A stretch of DNA of 64,000 nucleotides from Penicillus capitatus (GCA_965649825.1 OZ287706.1:434001-498000), one strand, 5' to 3'. Positions 12,094 through 23,250 are shown, counted from the stretch's first letter. Numbers and translations are program-made. Notes: generated by a model from the sequence alone, not told the origin.

Positions 12094-12880
12094 ATGCGTT
12101 TGGTTCTCTTCTTTGCGCTGTTTGCTGCTCATGCAGCCCTGACGGCAGCTCAAAACACCTGCGTCCCTAAAGGGCATCTCAACGACTGCGGTATGCACTT
12201 TAGCCACGACTGTTTTCTCATCGTGCGAGATTTCTAGGATATGTGGGTATCGACAGAAATGAGTGCTTGAGTAAGTGCTGCTGTTGGCATGAATTTCCTG
12301 AAGGCTCAGGAAAGCCTTGGTGCTTCCACCGTAACGGCGGATACAAATATTGCGACAACTCACTCTTCAGAAGTGATTGCGGTGAGTTTTCGATCTTTTT
12401 CCGTGGAGAATGTAACGCTTTGACTTTGTTGTGGTAGGTACTATTAGCACCACACAAAAGGAATGCGAATCTTATGGCTGTTGCTGGGACCGCAATGATC
12501 CCTACCCTGCCTGCTATTACAAGAATTCGCCAAAACCGCCGCTTACTCGAGAAGACGTGTTTGGCGGTAAGTATTTTTACCTCACCTTCGAAGAACGTGT
12601 CGGTCGCCCTTTCGGACGGCCGCGGTTAAACGTTACGTACAGCTGTGGTCTAGGAGAAGTTCGAGGCTATGGCTGTCGCAATGAAGTCACGCGACGCCAT
12701 CGCGCTCGAAGACGCAAAGCCTATTTTATTTCCACTTCCTGTTTCAGTCTTTGTTTTTTCTTACGAGCGACTCTTCGCACGAGAGTCGCGCAGAAGACGG
12801 GAGCTAGGTCAGTGTCGACCATTTCTCAGTCTTCGAAGATTTTTTTCCCTTGTCAAATTGCCAAACACCCCAAACGATGA
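12094..12880 (+). CDS. Small secreted protein with two trefoil domains (TFF2-like architecture), copy A
   Basis: Spliced MRLVLFFALFAAHAALTAAQNTCVPKGHLNDCG|YVGIDRNECLSKCCCWHEFPEGSGKPWCFHRNGGYKYCDNSLFRSDCG|TISTTQKECESYGCCWDRNDPYPACYYK, with canonical GT-AG introns. The 3' end is uncertain. Confidence 0.8.
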
Positions 12881-13696
12881 GTACAAATTATAAGATTGTC
12901 CATCCAGCCATCATTCCGATCCCTTGAGAGGATAGATGTGTATGGCTCTTTAATCTCTTCTTGCAGCTCACTCTAATGTCGTTGACGAATCTCGCAGCTT
13001 GTTTGTATGACGCGAAGCCGCGGAAAGTCCAACGTGGGAATTGACAGGCCGAGTTAGAAACTCTTTAACTAAGCATCTCCGTTAAGATACTTAAGATATA
13101 GTGGTTCTCATCGGACAGGTATCGCGCTCTAGTCAAACAAATAAACGCTCACGCGAACCATCTTACAACCAGAACCAGAGTTCGTAACATGGTCAATTAA
13201 CCCCCATATGTAATGCTGTTGTGTCATAGGCCCACGAACACACGTTCGCTTTGCCAATACGAGAGAACCAACTTTTCCGGCTCTTGTTTGAAAATGAAAA
13301 CAAGCAAAAAAAGAGATGGGAAGGCCACTGGCCATCCCCGAACAATGATGTAGACGAAATAATCTAGCAGTAACTGAGAAAGAAAGAAAGAAACCTCACT
13401 GTGGATAAAACTTTCGAAGTTGAGATCAGTGTGCAGATGTCTGTTGGACTTCCCCTTCTCTCGAGATCCGCCATGGTGTTTGTGACTATCTTCTTCGTAT
13501 AGTGTATGGTCCATTTCGTTTAGATGAGAGCTTCTCCAAAGATCTCGACAACTAGAGTGGATCCTCCCGCAGAATTTGATCTCCTGTCTTGAATGATCGA
13601 GAGGGAAAGGGATATTTGTCGGAACCTGTCCGCTTCCTACTTTTTCAAAGAGGCATGTGTTCTTGAACAGCCTTTTCCCGCAGTCCTATTATTTGC

Positions 13697-14412
13697 TCCC
13701 CACTAATCACCATTCCGTTTCTGTCCGTGCCTAACACCAGTAGTGTTTGCGGGTAAGTTTCAATGGCCGAATGACAGCTTCCATTCACTGCAAACACTGC
13801 GGTTTCTATCGCTTGAGGCCACTGATTCTAAGAGCTGTTCAGAATTAGTCTGACCCTTTTTTGCAACGTTTGGATTGTTCTCTCACCGATGGCGTTCCTC
13901 TGATCGTAGTAGCTTGGATACAATCTGATCTCAATTCCTCTGCCATCAACCCATTTCGTAAAGTATTGCTTTCTACTGAGCTGCATCATCGCCGGAGATT
14001 GTCAAAAGAAGACCGATTCGTTAAATCCACCACTGTCCAGATCTTTTGTCACAACTCTTGCTGTAGTATCAAATGCTCTTTGAGTGGCCACAAATCTTTT
14101 GCACGGCATAAGCGCATTCAGGCCCTTCTCTGTAAAGCAGGGAGTAGTTACGGGTTGTCACGACTGAGCTAGCCGAGACTTGTTTACCGCGATCACGATA
14201 TAACTTCTATCAAAGGTCCTGCGAATTCGATATGTACGCTCTGACCCAGCTCCGTCATCACTTCTTTATTTGGACCATCGCTTGCTTGTGGTGTTCTTGA
14301 ACATGCGCAAGTTGGGCGCCTCCTCACGAAATTTTCAATCTGTTGTCTCACTCAGGGGTGTGTTCCCCATTCCATCTTGATGTTTTGATGTGTCGTTTCT
14401 GCTGGTCGATGT
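13697..14412 (-). mobile_element. Ty3/Gypsy integrase remnant, copy B left part
   Basis: Near-identical to 5140-5850 and ends at the 3.1 kb insertion. Confidence 0.75.
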
Positions 14413-15429
14413 CGATGTCCAAAATGAACATGTTCTGTCCTCTTTCTGTCGCTTTAGCATGGAATCCGCGTCGGCATAAACATGGTGTTCGATTGTCTTC
14501 TTCCTTTCGGTGTTGCTAAGACATTTGCTCCTCGATTGATAGTGCCGGGCACAAACTCATAACGCGCATTCGTTTCATTGTGCAATATGTGTCCAAACAG
14601 CGACACATCTGACGTCATCTTCAATCCAATTTCCCGAAAGTCTCTATTCTATCACTGACCTATTATCCGAGCGAACTTTTGTGTCAAAACATCCCCGGAT
14701 ACCTCGAGTCTTCCGCACTGTCAGGAAAAAAACCCCTTGAGTTCTCCAAGGTAGCTTGACGTTATCTCGAGCATGGTGTGTGATCCGAGATTCAACAGTT
14801 TCCATGACTTACCTTTTGCATCTTCACCGTATAACATGCAGGCCGTGTAAAAATCCGTCCGATTAGTGTACAGCATGAATCTTGAGAATACTTCCCATAC
14901 GAGATTTACTACTTCCCAGCATTCGAGCGCTTGTTCATGGAATAGAACACATCCTCGTCTCAATGATTCCATGCCGACCGATGAAAGAAATACCACGGTC
15001 AGGGTGCACAGGGAAGCACATGGGCGTATGCAAACGTCGCGTCGGACGGTGGGACCGCACGACAATCAACTGCCGCATGTCGCGTTGTCGGTGAACAACG
15101 GCTTAACGACGAAGGCTTATAACTTACAAAGACTGTTGAATCATTATAATCCGGATTATATACGCGTCGAACGTACGCAAACGTCCTATCAACGCGTCTC
15201 CGTTCGTCAGCTGCACGAAGGTGGACAGGTATCCACTGACACCGCATTAGATGCGTCCGACACATTGTAACTATTACAGTAATCGCGCGATTCATTCGTC
15301 CGTCTTGTTCTCCGCAGCGTCGAGCTCCGCGTCATGGACGGTCGACTGACGTGGGCCCAGATATCCATTGAGTTCGAGTATCTAAGTGGACTAATGAACA
15401 CATGCGTCTTGGTAGTCGAAGTGAGCAGA

Positions 15430-16400
15430 ACCTTCATTCCCGAAATACACTTCTTCGGCATGCTGTATATGATCTTTCTCTGTCCGACCTTCAGTCCGTC
15501 TATCATAGCAGGAATCGATCTCTGGATGTCTGCTTTGTAGAACGAGACGAGCTCCTTGTTGACAAATCGGTCTACCTTATCTTCGATTCACTATAATCCA
15601 TAAACTTCTTCTCCGTCATTGGAGCGATCCACTTCTTTCTGTCTTCCACGCGTTTCTTCGAGAATACCATATCGATGGCTTCATCTGCTTCTCCTCCTAG
15701 AAGGATATACACAATGTAGAGTGAGGTTTTGTAGAACTGAGATCTTCTGACCCTCGTATGTGAACTCCTTCCTATGAAACGAAATCGCCTGGAAGCACTC
15801 TAGAGCTTTTCTCCGTGAGAACGCCCAGAGTCCTCTGAAGTATTTGACGTTCCGCTCGTTTTGCCTAAACTCAGCTCCTCTTTCCATCGCCCATACTCAT
15901 TGACGGCGAAGAAAGCTTTTACATCGCCCTTGTGTTTTACATGTGGTAGCAACATGGCCCTTTACCGGAGGTGAGATGGAAGGATTACTTTAACGATTGG
16001 AGTGACGAAGACCTCTATAAATTTGGCAGTTATAGCAGCAATAGATGACAGCGACGAAGGAAGTTAATGGCTAAGCCCTTAATGTGGGCACCATTGGCAT
16101 TCTGATCACACGTCAGAAGTATGCGACCGTATCGCAGACTCGTCAGATCTCCATGCCTCTCGAGACAGATGAGACAGACAACGATATACATTATCAATCT
16201 CGTTGGTCATCAGGTCTTCAGTGTCCGTGGGCTGAGGTGACAAGCCCTGTCTTCCTGTCATTGTAAAACACGAAGGCGTTACCACCTACTCGATCCCGAG
16301 GACAGCCATGAGGTCCCTGTCGGCCTAATGAGCACTAAAGATCATTACAATTAAGGGATTTGGCGCTTCGCTGTGGGGAATTATTCGGATTTAAGATTTC
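15430..16400 (-). pseudogene. TOP2: DNA topoisomerase II (type IIA) fragment: Toprim and start of the WHD region
   Basis: Recognisable motifs in order: SLRYGRILLTCDQNANGAHIKGL, FVTPIVK, NVKYFRGL, EAIDMVFSKKRVEDRKKW, VNKELVSFYKADIQRSIPAMIDGLKVGQRKII. It contains a TAG plus frameshift, a degenerate DxD motif and a GT-AG intron. The catalytic Tyr region is absent. Confidence 0.85.
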
Positions 16401-16439
16401 GCACCACCTTCGTTTCGTTCGTTTCTCCGACGCTGGCGC

Positions 16440-17250
16440 GAGTCCCACAATCCCTGATCTCGTGGTTGCTCTCGGGATCGTCCTCGGATGTCACATTCTT
16501 CATCTACCCCCTGTCGAGTTCACCTGAATCAGGAAAGGAAGACTGAACTTCTCACTTTAGTCCGTAGACCCAGAAGGCCTGACGACCAATGACATTAAGA
16601 ATGCCCATGTGGGTAAACTGCATCCCAGAGTCGCCCTTGGCCAATATGAGGATGCACTCGGCGGATTTCTCTCTTCCTGCCCAGTCGGCATCTAGGTGGC
16701 AGTTGTTCGGTGCCAGCAAAAAGTGAAAACCAGGAGAGGCGAATGACAACTTACGGTAAGTCTTCTTTCCGAAGGTCTCTCTCCTCTGGGGATCTCAACG
16801 ACGAGACAGTGGATCTAACGCCAACTGGCACCAGAAACCAAATCATCGCAATTACCGGTCACGGCATTCATGATACCTTATTTTTATGCAGTATACATAT
16901 ACGCCGTAACCAGAATTCGCGATTATGGCAAGCACGACGACCGGATGGATGATGACGACACGTGTTGTGTGTCATCCTCAATCGAACTTCATGAGCCATT
17001 TATATCCATGACTGCTAGAATATCCGAAAGCAACCTTTTTCTGCAAATGTTCATGAATTCTCGCCGTCTTCCACATTGCTAATAAGATCCCCTTGCGCTC
17101 TCCGAGATAGCTTGATGACATTCTTGGTAAAGTGTGAGAACTGATGTCCACTAGCTTCAATGTTCTATCTCATTTGGCATCTTCTTGACAGTCACATTCT
17201 ATTGTCCAAATATTCTGATGGCCATCATCTTCGCTGGCAAGCAACAGACT
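16440..17250 (-). pseudogene. TOP2: Second, more decayed topoisomerase II fragment (transducer to Toprim start)
   Basis: HLDADWAGREKSAECILILAKGDSG..GILNVIGRQAFWVYGLK resembles the Top2 motif KLDDANxAG...CTLILTEGDSA...GRxxxGVFPLRGK. The upstream part is only weakly recognisable. Confidence 0.55.
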
Positions 17251-17509
17251 CTCTCGCTGACACTGTACAAGTGGAGTTTCAGCATCCCACTTGTCTTCTC
17301 GAGAGATGTTAACAGCAAATCCTTTGGCGAAAAGCCGAGACTATTGCATCCACCTATCAATTCTGCTGCCTATAGTTTAGTTAGTATTTTCCATTCGTAT
17401 TTTCCACTCGTAAGGTTTTAAAAGAAAGTCCTGCCCAAAGATATGCCTATTACGATGAGGCGTAAAAAACCTTCTTCACAAAAACAAGTCGTCCGGTCAT
17501 TTCTTTTTT

Positions 17510-19480
17510 GCCGATGTAACAGGTCATAAAAATTCTCTTAAAATTGACATGGGCTCATCAGCTTCCTTGTCCAAACTCCTAAACCTGGCCATAGGATCAA
17601 TGAAGATATCTATGCAACTGGTGACCGTGGAAAGGCCCCGTAGTCAGACTCGAACGACAATTACGTACGGAAAAAACAATGATCTGAGTGTTTATTGCTC
17701 TCGTAAAAGGTCCTTTCCATGACTCTCGGAAAACTGAAGGCGAAATTAGCCTCACGGCAAAGACATGAGTTCATGTCACGTAACTAGAATTTCCTTTTGC
17801 TTTGAAAAACACACAGTATCGTCATCGACTCTCTTTCTACTTAGTATACAAAAGCGAAGAATCTATCTGTTCGGTCGGAAGGTTGCATATCCGAAAAGAT
17901 GCAAAAAGTTCTTTCCAATCAGACGACCAAGGACATAACTTGGTCCGATGGAGAATCTCTTGTTAAGTCAGAAACTCGCTGAGAAGAGAAACTACAAGGG
18001 AACCCCGAGAGATGTACTTTCTGGCAGTACCAAAAACTCCCAAAAACGAAAGCAAATCCCGCACACATGTGACGGTCCGACTTATAAGGTTTATTATGGA
18101 TCGTATGTTCGTCAACAGGTTGTTCTTCCATTGGACAGAACATCCCAGCAAGGGCATTATTGTTCTCAATGGCTCAGTTTCCAGAACAGTGCTTTTTTAT
18201 ACGCAGACTGTATCGAGTAAAAATCTCAAACAATGATGTCAACGATTTGTGATCCCTTCAGCGCTGTTTGGTAAGAACAAGACATATCTCGTGTAATCTA
18301 TAGCTGCACGATTTCTCAAAAGATACGTTAGTCGTTGATGAAATTAACCATGAGATGCAATAAAACGTTGAGGAGGACGTTCTAGTTATATACCTTGCCG
18401 CCAAAATCGAATTCAAAGAGTCCGTTCGTACATTTCTGCATCCGATGGCAACGAAAAAAACCCAATAAACCCCGTCGGTGATATCCAAGGCCACAAGGAT
18501 TTCAAGATTTTGGGATACTTCGGAGAGTCTCTTGTGCCGATACGAATTCTGACCAGGGAAGGACAAAGTGCGTGTTGAGATGACGAAGGTCATTTAACCA
18601 TCGGATCTGCTTTCGTACTAACTTGGAAGAAAAAGAGATGGGTTTTTGTACGCGCTCTTGCCCTCAGGAATCTCAGGAAAGTGACCAATCTTGAGGATTT
18701 TACGAAAAGCTTCGTCTATCCATTCTTTTGGAGCCGAATGGTCTACCGTAAAATCCACGCCAAAATTGGTATGGAAAGCTATTTGATTCGAACATCTGTC
18801 ATTGTAAAAGCTAAGTTTTTCCATGGCTTTTGGTGGACCCTTTTAATTCGGTTTCGTAAAAATGACAAAACCGTATTTCCCGGTGTTTTGACTCGGGCTA
18901 TTTGCGAGAACGAATGTCCATCTGGAAGAGCATGCTCCGCTTTTACTTCCCTCCGTTTCGGTTTCGAATGAAGATACTGGATTTGTAGGGTCTCCAAAGA
19001 TCGAACATGAAGGAGGAAGGTTCGGGCTGCAATTACCGCAATACGAGAAAAACAACGAAAGAATCACACAAATCTCTCCTGAAGATGATGAAAAATGTGA
19101 GATGGGTGGATTTCCCTCGCATGGCAAGAGTTGACAATGAAAAAACCTTTCCTTAAATCAACCAAGATAGCAAAATCGTTGGGTATTCCGTAGTCACCAG
19201 AAAGCATGATCTTCCTGCAGGCAAATGCACATCGTGCTTTCTCTACTCTTTCGAGCGACCGATTTTCCTCACAAAGCCATCTTTAGGTAAGGTAAATCGT
19301 GAGTAAAAACTGTGCCGATCGTGCCGCATATCGAACGACCTTTCGAAGGGATTTTATTCTCTCGCAGAAAACACAAAACCGAAAGTCGGCCGTCCAGTTT
19401 TTCGTTGATGAAACGGGAAAAACTCGAATCGCACTGCCAGATTCAAAAATCCAAAATCGATCGAGAAACAGCTTCTATGT
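17510..19480 (-). mobile_element. Ty3/Gypsy RT/RNase H remnant, copy B right part
   Basis: Near-identical to 5850-7794. Shows RT-like LDITDGVYWV and thumb-like VRDLLSFLGVFGTARKYI. Confidence 0.7.
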
Positions 19481-19934
19481 GAGATGTCTGTGGTAATCCT
19501 CGAGAATGCAGCACCTAAATAACAAGCATCAGAAAACGCCAAGAACAGACAGCGACCACACTTTCGACACACTCAATCTTCACCTGGCCTAAGGCTATCT
19601 CGACAGAAGATGGATGATCTTGCGGTTTTCACCACTTTCCTGAATATGATCTACAGTCCAGATGGTGGCTCGGGGTAGGATCTACGGTCCAGCAGGCCCC
19701 TCGTGATTCCTAGCCTTGATCCATGTCGCGGCACCACGGACGATATAGATAGATCCATAGTATGGTGGGCAGATCGGCTAGCCATCTTGGCAGTGCAGCA
19801 CAGCCATCTCTCTGGAGCTGGAAGCAGCCCTCATGCTGACAACGCGCAGCGACGCGTTCGACGTATGGATCGGCGAACGGATCGAAACTGCGAAAGTCGA
19901 CGCCCACCACATTCAGGATCTAAATAGGGACTGT

Positions 19935-20238
19935 TGTCGCGTAGGGTTTTAGATGGAAACAATTTAAACGGTGGGCGCACGTAAACCTTTGAAACGTAAA
20001 GTCTTACAAACGAAAGACAAGATCTGTACATCTACAACGCTTTTATAGGGTACTTTATTTTAAGTAACAAAAAGGAATATTCTGCGAAGATTCCGGAATC
20101 TGCTTGGAATCTGTGACGTAGAGCCGCGGGTCTATTTGTGGATGGAAGCTATAGAGAACCTACGACCTGTCACTTGGAGATCGACACAAGTGTAAGTAGA
20201 TGAGCGCATTATCGTGAGCGCTACGCCTTAACACGACA
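19935..20238 (-). repeat. 3' LTR (304 bp)
   Basis: No difference from 26447-26750 seen by eye. Contains minus-strand TATAAAA and AATAAA, and the perfect palindrome GATTCCGGAATC (20089-20100). Confidence 0.97.
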
Positions 20239-20247
20239 TGGGCCCAC

Positions 20248-23200
20248 CTATCTTCTGTCTAATCTCCGAAGGAAGTCACGATGGACATTGTGCAGCGTCG
20301 AACCGTTGGGCATACGGATATCCCAACGGTGGTCACTATGTTCCTTCACTACAACACAAGGAGAGACCCATTTGGAGTATAGTTTGGAGTCGAGGCGGTC
20401 GGCCAACTTTGAGTTGTACCACGAGACCTCTGCTCCCACTTCCATGGGACGGTTCTTGACTTTCTTGTGGTGTCTTGTCTTATTTTGCTGGTGTGCCTTA
20501 ATTATTCGTTGATAAGCTAGTCCTCGGTCGGTGTCCAGCTGTTGTGGACTAGTTATCGTGCCGTTCCGTTGTGTGCCAGTTAGAAGGTATTGTGGACAGA
20601 ACAGAGTCGTACTATGAATCGTTCGGTTGATTTCATGCACGCTCGTGCTCACATGTGTCGTCCAATCACCCCCCTTTTCCGCCCATATCCTCCGAAGTCG
20701 ATTTACGAGGTTTCGGTTGAACGCCTCGACAGTGCCTGCACTTTTGTGGGAATAGGTTGGGGTGTGTAGAATGTCTATTCCGTGCTGTGCGCAGGTACTC
20801 TCGAAGCTCCTGGCAATGAAGGCGCTTCCGTTGTCGCACAGGATCCTCTGTGGAGCCCCAAAGTTTCGTGCCCATTCGAGTACCAGCTTAATAGCCTGTG
20901 CTGCCGAGCACGTCTTACATGGGCGCCCCACGCCGAACTTAGTGAAAGCGTCGATCCCGGTAGCGATATACCGAAACCCATGGCTGCCACGGTTCAGCGG
21001 TCCTATGAAGTCTAGACACAGTGTGTGGTTCGGGGATGGACTGTCAATCATACCCAAGTCCACCTCAGATCGTGGGTTGCGAAACATTTGGCACGTCTCG
21101 CAGTTATTGACGTAATCTCGCACGTCATTGAAGTCGTTCGTCCAGCGGGTACCGTCGGACCGCAGGTTCAGGAATGTCTTCTTGACCCCGAAGTGGCCTG
21201 CATGCGCCTTCTTGATGAGCTCGGTCCGTTCTTCCGGAGTATAGGATACGGAGTTCACTTGATATCCCTGTTGCTTCTTCTTGGTGTGAAATTCGACAGG
21301 TGCGTTGTCTCTCCATCGGCTGAGAAGATCCGCTATCACGTTGTCCTTCCCCTCTACAAAACAGAAGTGGAGACGATCATGGGAAAAGTGGTGCCGGAGC
21401 CAGCAATGCTGTCTCTGGATCCGGAGGTCCTTGAACTTGTGCAGGAATGTCGGCTCCTTGAGCCAATTGACCGTAGCCATGTTGTCGGAGTAAACGAATA
21501 CCTCCGTCTGCTTGATCACAAAGTAACATTCCTTCAAGGCCCGTACTATTCCCATCAATTCTCCCAGAAAACTTCCGACCCTCTGTTTTGTCGTAAAAGA
21601 TCCAAAGAGAACAGGTTGCAAGGTCGAGTTAAGCAAAACGTATCCGAACTGGTTGAGTGGGTTACCACACCAATCCGTATACAGATGGAATGGCCCCTTT
21701 CTTTCCAACGTCAGTCGGTACGTACTGATGCACAGAGATTGAACTGCGTCTTTGTAGATCTCGTCGGCTTTGGTGTAGTCGTTGTGTTCGCGTTTCAGGA
21801 ATGGCTTGAGCCGTGTAACGATCGCGTCGTATTTGTAACAGTACTGTGCCAGTTGCTGGCACAGACCCATGGCCTTCTGAACGTCGTGACGTGACGTGAT
21901 TGTCGGCAACTTCTGGAGTATAGCCTGGGCCCTGTGGTAGGGGTTTAGCGTCCCGCCACTGAGTTCGGTACCCAGAAAGCTCACCGATGTCTCAAACCAG
22001 TCACACTTTTGGCAGTTGATCGTCAGGCCGTATTCGTCAAAACGTTTTAATAAAAGCTTGGTCTTGTCTAGGAGTTCCTCCTCCGTTTCGCCGCCGATAA
22101 GTATGTCATCGAAGTATCGGACCACATCCAATCCTTGTAGGATGTGGGTCATGCGGTTATTGAAAAGCTCCGGACTGACGTTGACGCCTTGCGGCAGTCT
22201 CCGAAAGCCGTACGTCACGCCGTTCCAATGTAGTGCAAAGAAAAGCGAGATATTGTCGTCGATGGGGATGGAGCCGTAGCCGTGAACAATGTCCACGATG
22301 GTGTATACGGTCCACTTGGGATCCACCTTCTGGATGATGTTGGACACCGGAATGATGGTCCCCCCTTGCGTTCCTTCGAGGTACGTGTTGATGTCGCGGA
22401 AGTCAATGGTGGGCCGGATCTTGCCATTCGGTTTGCGTATAAAGTTTAAAGGTGCTACGACAGCGTGTATTGCCTCTGCAACAGACAGCTGTCGTATAAC
22501 ACCCTCCTTGTGTAGCGAATCGATCTCTTTTGAGATCTCTTCGTTGGTGAGATCTGAGACGTAGTTCTCCCTCCAGCATGGCTTAGGCTCACCGTGCCAA
22601 CAAAGATCCCTGTTGCGTACCCTGATGTCCCACAGCCTGCTGGTCGTCGGGCGAATGGTGTCCGAAAAGACCAGGGGAAATTCTTCTCTTAGCCGAGCCA
22701 CTGTTGCATCCTTGTCTACTGGTGTAAGAACGCTAATGTTGTTAACACGCTTGGTCTTCACTTTCAGCGGGTACTCCGTTCCATCGACGTCGGTGATGGA
22801 ATCAATGTTTCCTTTAGCACAGCACAGTCGCATCTTGCTGGTGACATGCTGTGGAACATCGGATTGGTTGAAGATTACCACGCTGATCTGACCATTGGCG
22901 TGTAGCTTGACTTTGCAGAATATACTCTTGTTATGGGTGCAGTCAAAAAATGCCTTCCATTCTGTTGTCTCGGTGAACTGGAAGGGTAGGATGATGCGGC
23001 GGCTCCGAAAAGGTCCCAGCACAAAACTTCTCCCTGCCATAAAGACGATCCAGCCGTTTTGCTTGAACGGGAATAACTCCCGGTCGATCGACTCCGTGAC
23101 TAGGAGTGGTGAAGGTGTCGGTCTTTCTCCCTGTTTCTTGTGCAGCGTCTCGTCGTTCCAGTTCGCTTTTACTAGTGCCAGGCGTTTTATTTGTGGTTCT

Positions 23201-23250
23201 TGTGCGTCGTCGTCTGCCTGCTGAAAAACAGGCGTGTACCTCAGTTTTTT
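20248..23250 (-). CDS. pol: Pol: degenerate dUTPase-like segment, reverse transcriptase, RNase H, integrase (probably expressed by -1 frameshift from ORF1)
   Basis: RT motifs VDIVHGYGSI, LPQG and YFDD (22105-22116). RNase H motifs LYTD, GELMG and VYSDN. Integrase HHCC (HAGH..CETC) and the D-D-E core LDFIGP / CDNGSAF / VEAFNR. The frame stays open upstream of the ATG at 23040 as far as the end of ORF1. Confidence 0.93.
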   Translation of the reverse strand, partial: KKLRYTPVFQQADDDAQEPQIKRLALVKANWNDETLHKKQGERPTPSPLLVTESIDRELFPFKQNGWIVFMAGRSFVLGPFRSRRIILPFQFTETTEWKAFFDCTHNKSIFCKVKLHANGQISVVIFNQSDVPQHVTSKMRLCCAKGNIDSITDVDGTEYPLKVKTKRVNNISVLTPVDKDATVARLREEFPLVFSDTIRPTTSRLWDIRVRNRDLCWHGEPKPCWRENYVSDLTNEEISKEIDSLHKEGVIRQLSVAEAIHAVVAPLNFIRKPNGKIRPTIDFRDINTYLEGTQGGTIIPVSNIIQKVDPKWTVYTIVDIVHGYGSIPIDDNISLFFALHWNGVTYGFRRLPQGVNVSPELFNNRMTHILQGLDVVRYFDDILIGGETEEELLDKTKLLLKRFDEYGLTINCQKCDWFETSVSFLGTELSGGTLNPYHRAQAILQKLPTITSRHDVQKAMGLCQQLAQYCYKYDAIVTRLKPFLKREHNDYTKADEIYKDAVQSLCISTYRLTLERKGPFHLYTDWCGNPLNQFGYVLLNSTLQPVLFGSFTTKQRVGSFLGELMGIVRALKECYFVIKQTEVFVYSDNMATVNWLKEPTFLHKFKDLRIQRQHCWLRHHFSHDRLHFCFVEGKDNVIADLLSRWRDNAPVEFHTKKKQQGYQVNSVSYTPEERTELIKKAHAGHFGVKKTFLNLRSDGTRWTNDFNDVRDYVNNCETCQMFRNPRSEVDLGMIDSPSPNHTLCLDFIGPLNRGSHGFRYIATGIDAFTKFGVGRPCKTCSAAQAIKLVLEWARNFGAPQRILCDNGSAFIARSFESTCAQHGIDILHTPTYSHKSAGTVEAFNRNLVNRLRRIWAEKGGDWTTHVSTSVHEINRTIHSTTLFCPQYLLTGTQRNGTITSPQQLDTDRGLAYQRIIKAHQQNKTRHHKKVKNRPMEVGAEVSWYNSKLADRLDSKLYSKWVSPCVVVKEHSDHRWDIRMPNGSTLHNVHRDFLRRLDRR

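Larger units (their letters stand above)
9674..12955. repeat. Segmental duplication, right arm of copy A (matches 19440-19934 plus 26751-29535)
   Basis: Long co-linear near-identity is visible directly. Copy B is interrupted by the young LTR element. Confidence 0.9.

Noticed and set aside
13224-13514. Possible hAT dimerisation-domain remnant (FPSL...SERVF)
   Set aside because: Motif spacing is wrong and no other transposase sequence or TIRs are visible.
15430-17250. Giant-virus (NCLDV) origin of the Top2 fragments
   Set aside because: A spliceosomal intron is present, the motifs are eukaryote-like and no other viral hallmark genes occur. Not fully excluded without a phylogeny.
21025-21894. 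289 aa plus-strand ORF, and likewise 2199-3362 and 56035-57030
   Set aside because: Antisense shadows of real minus-strand genes; no motifs.
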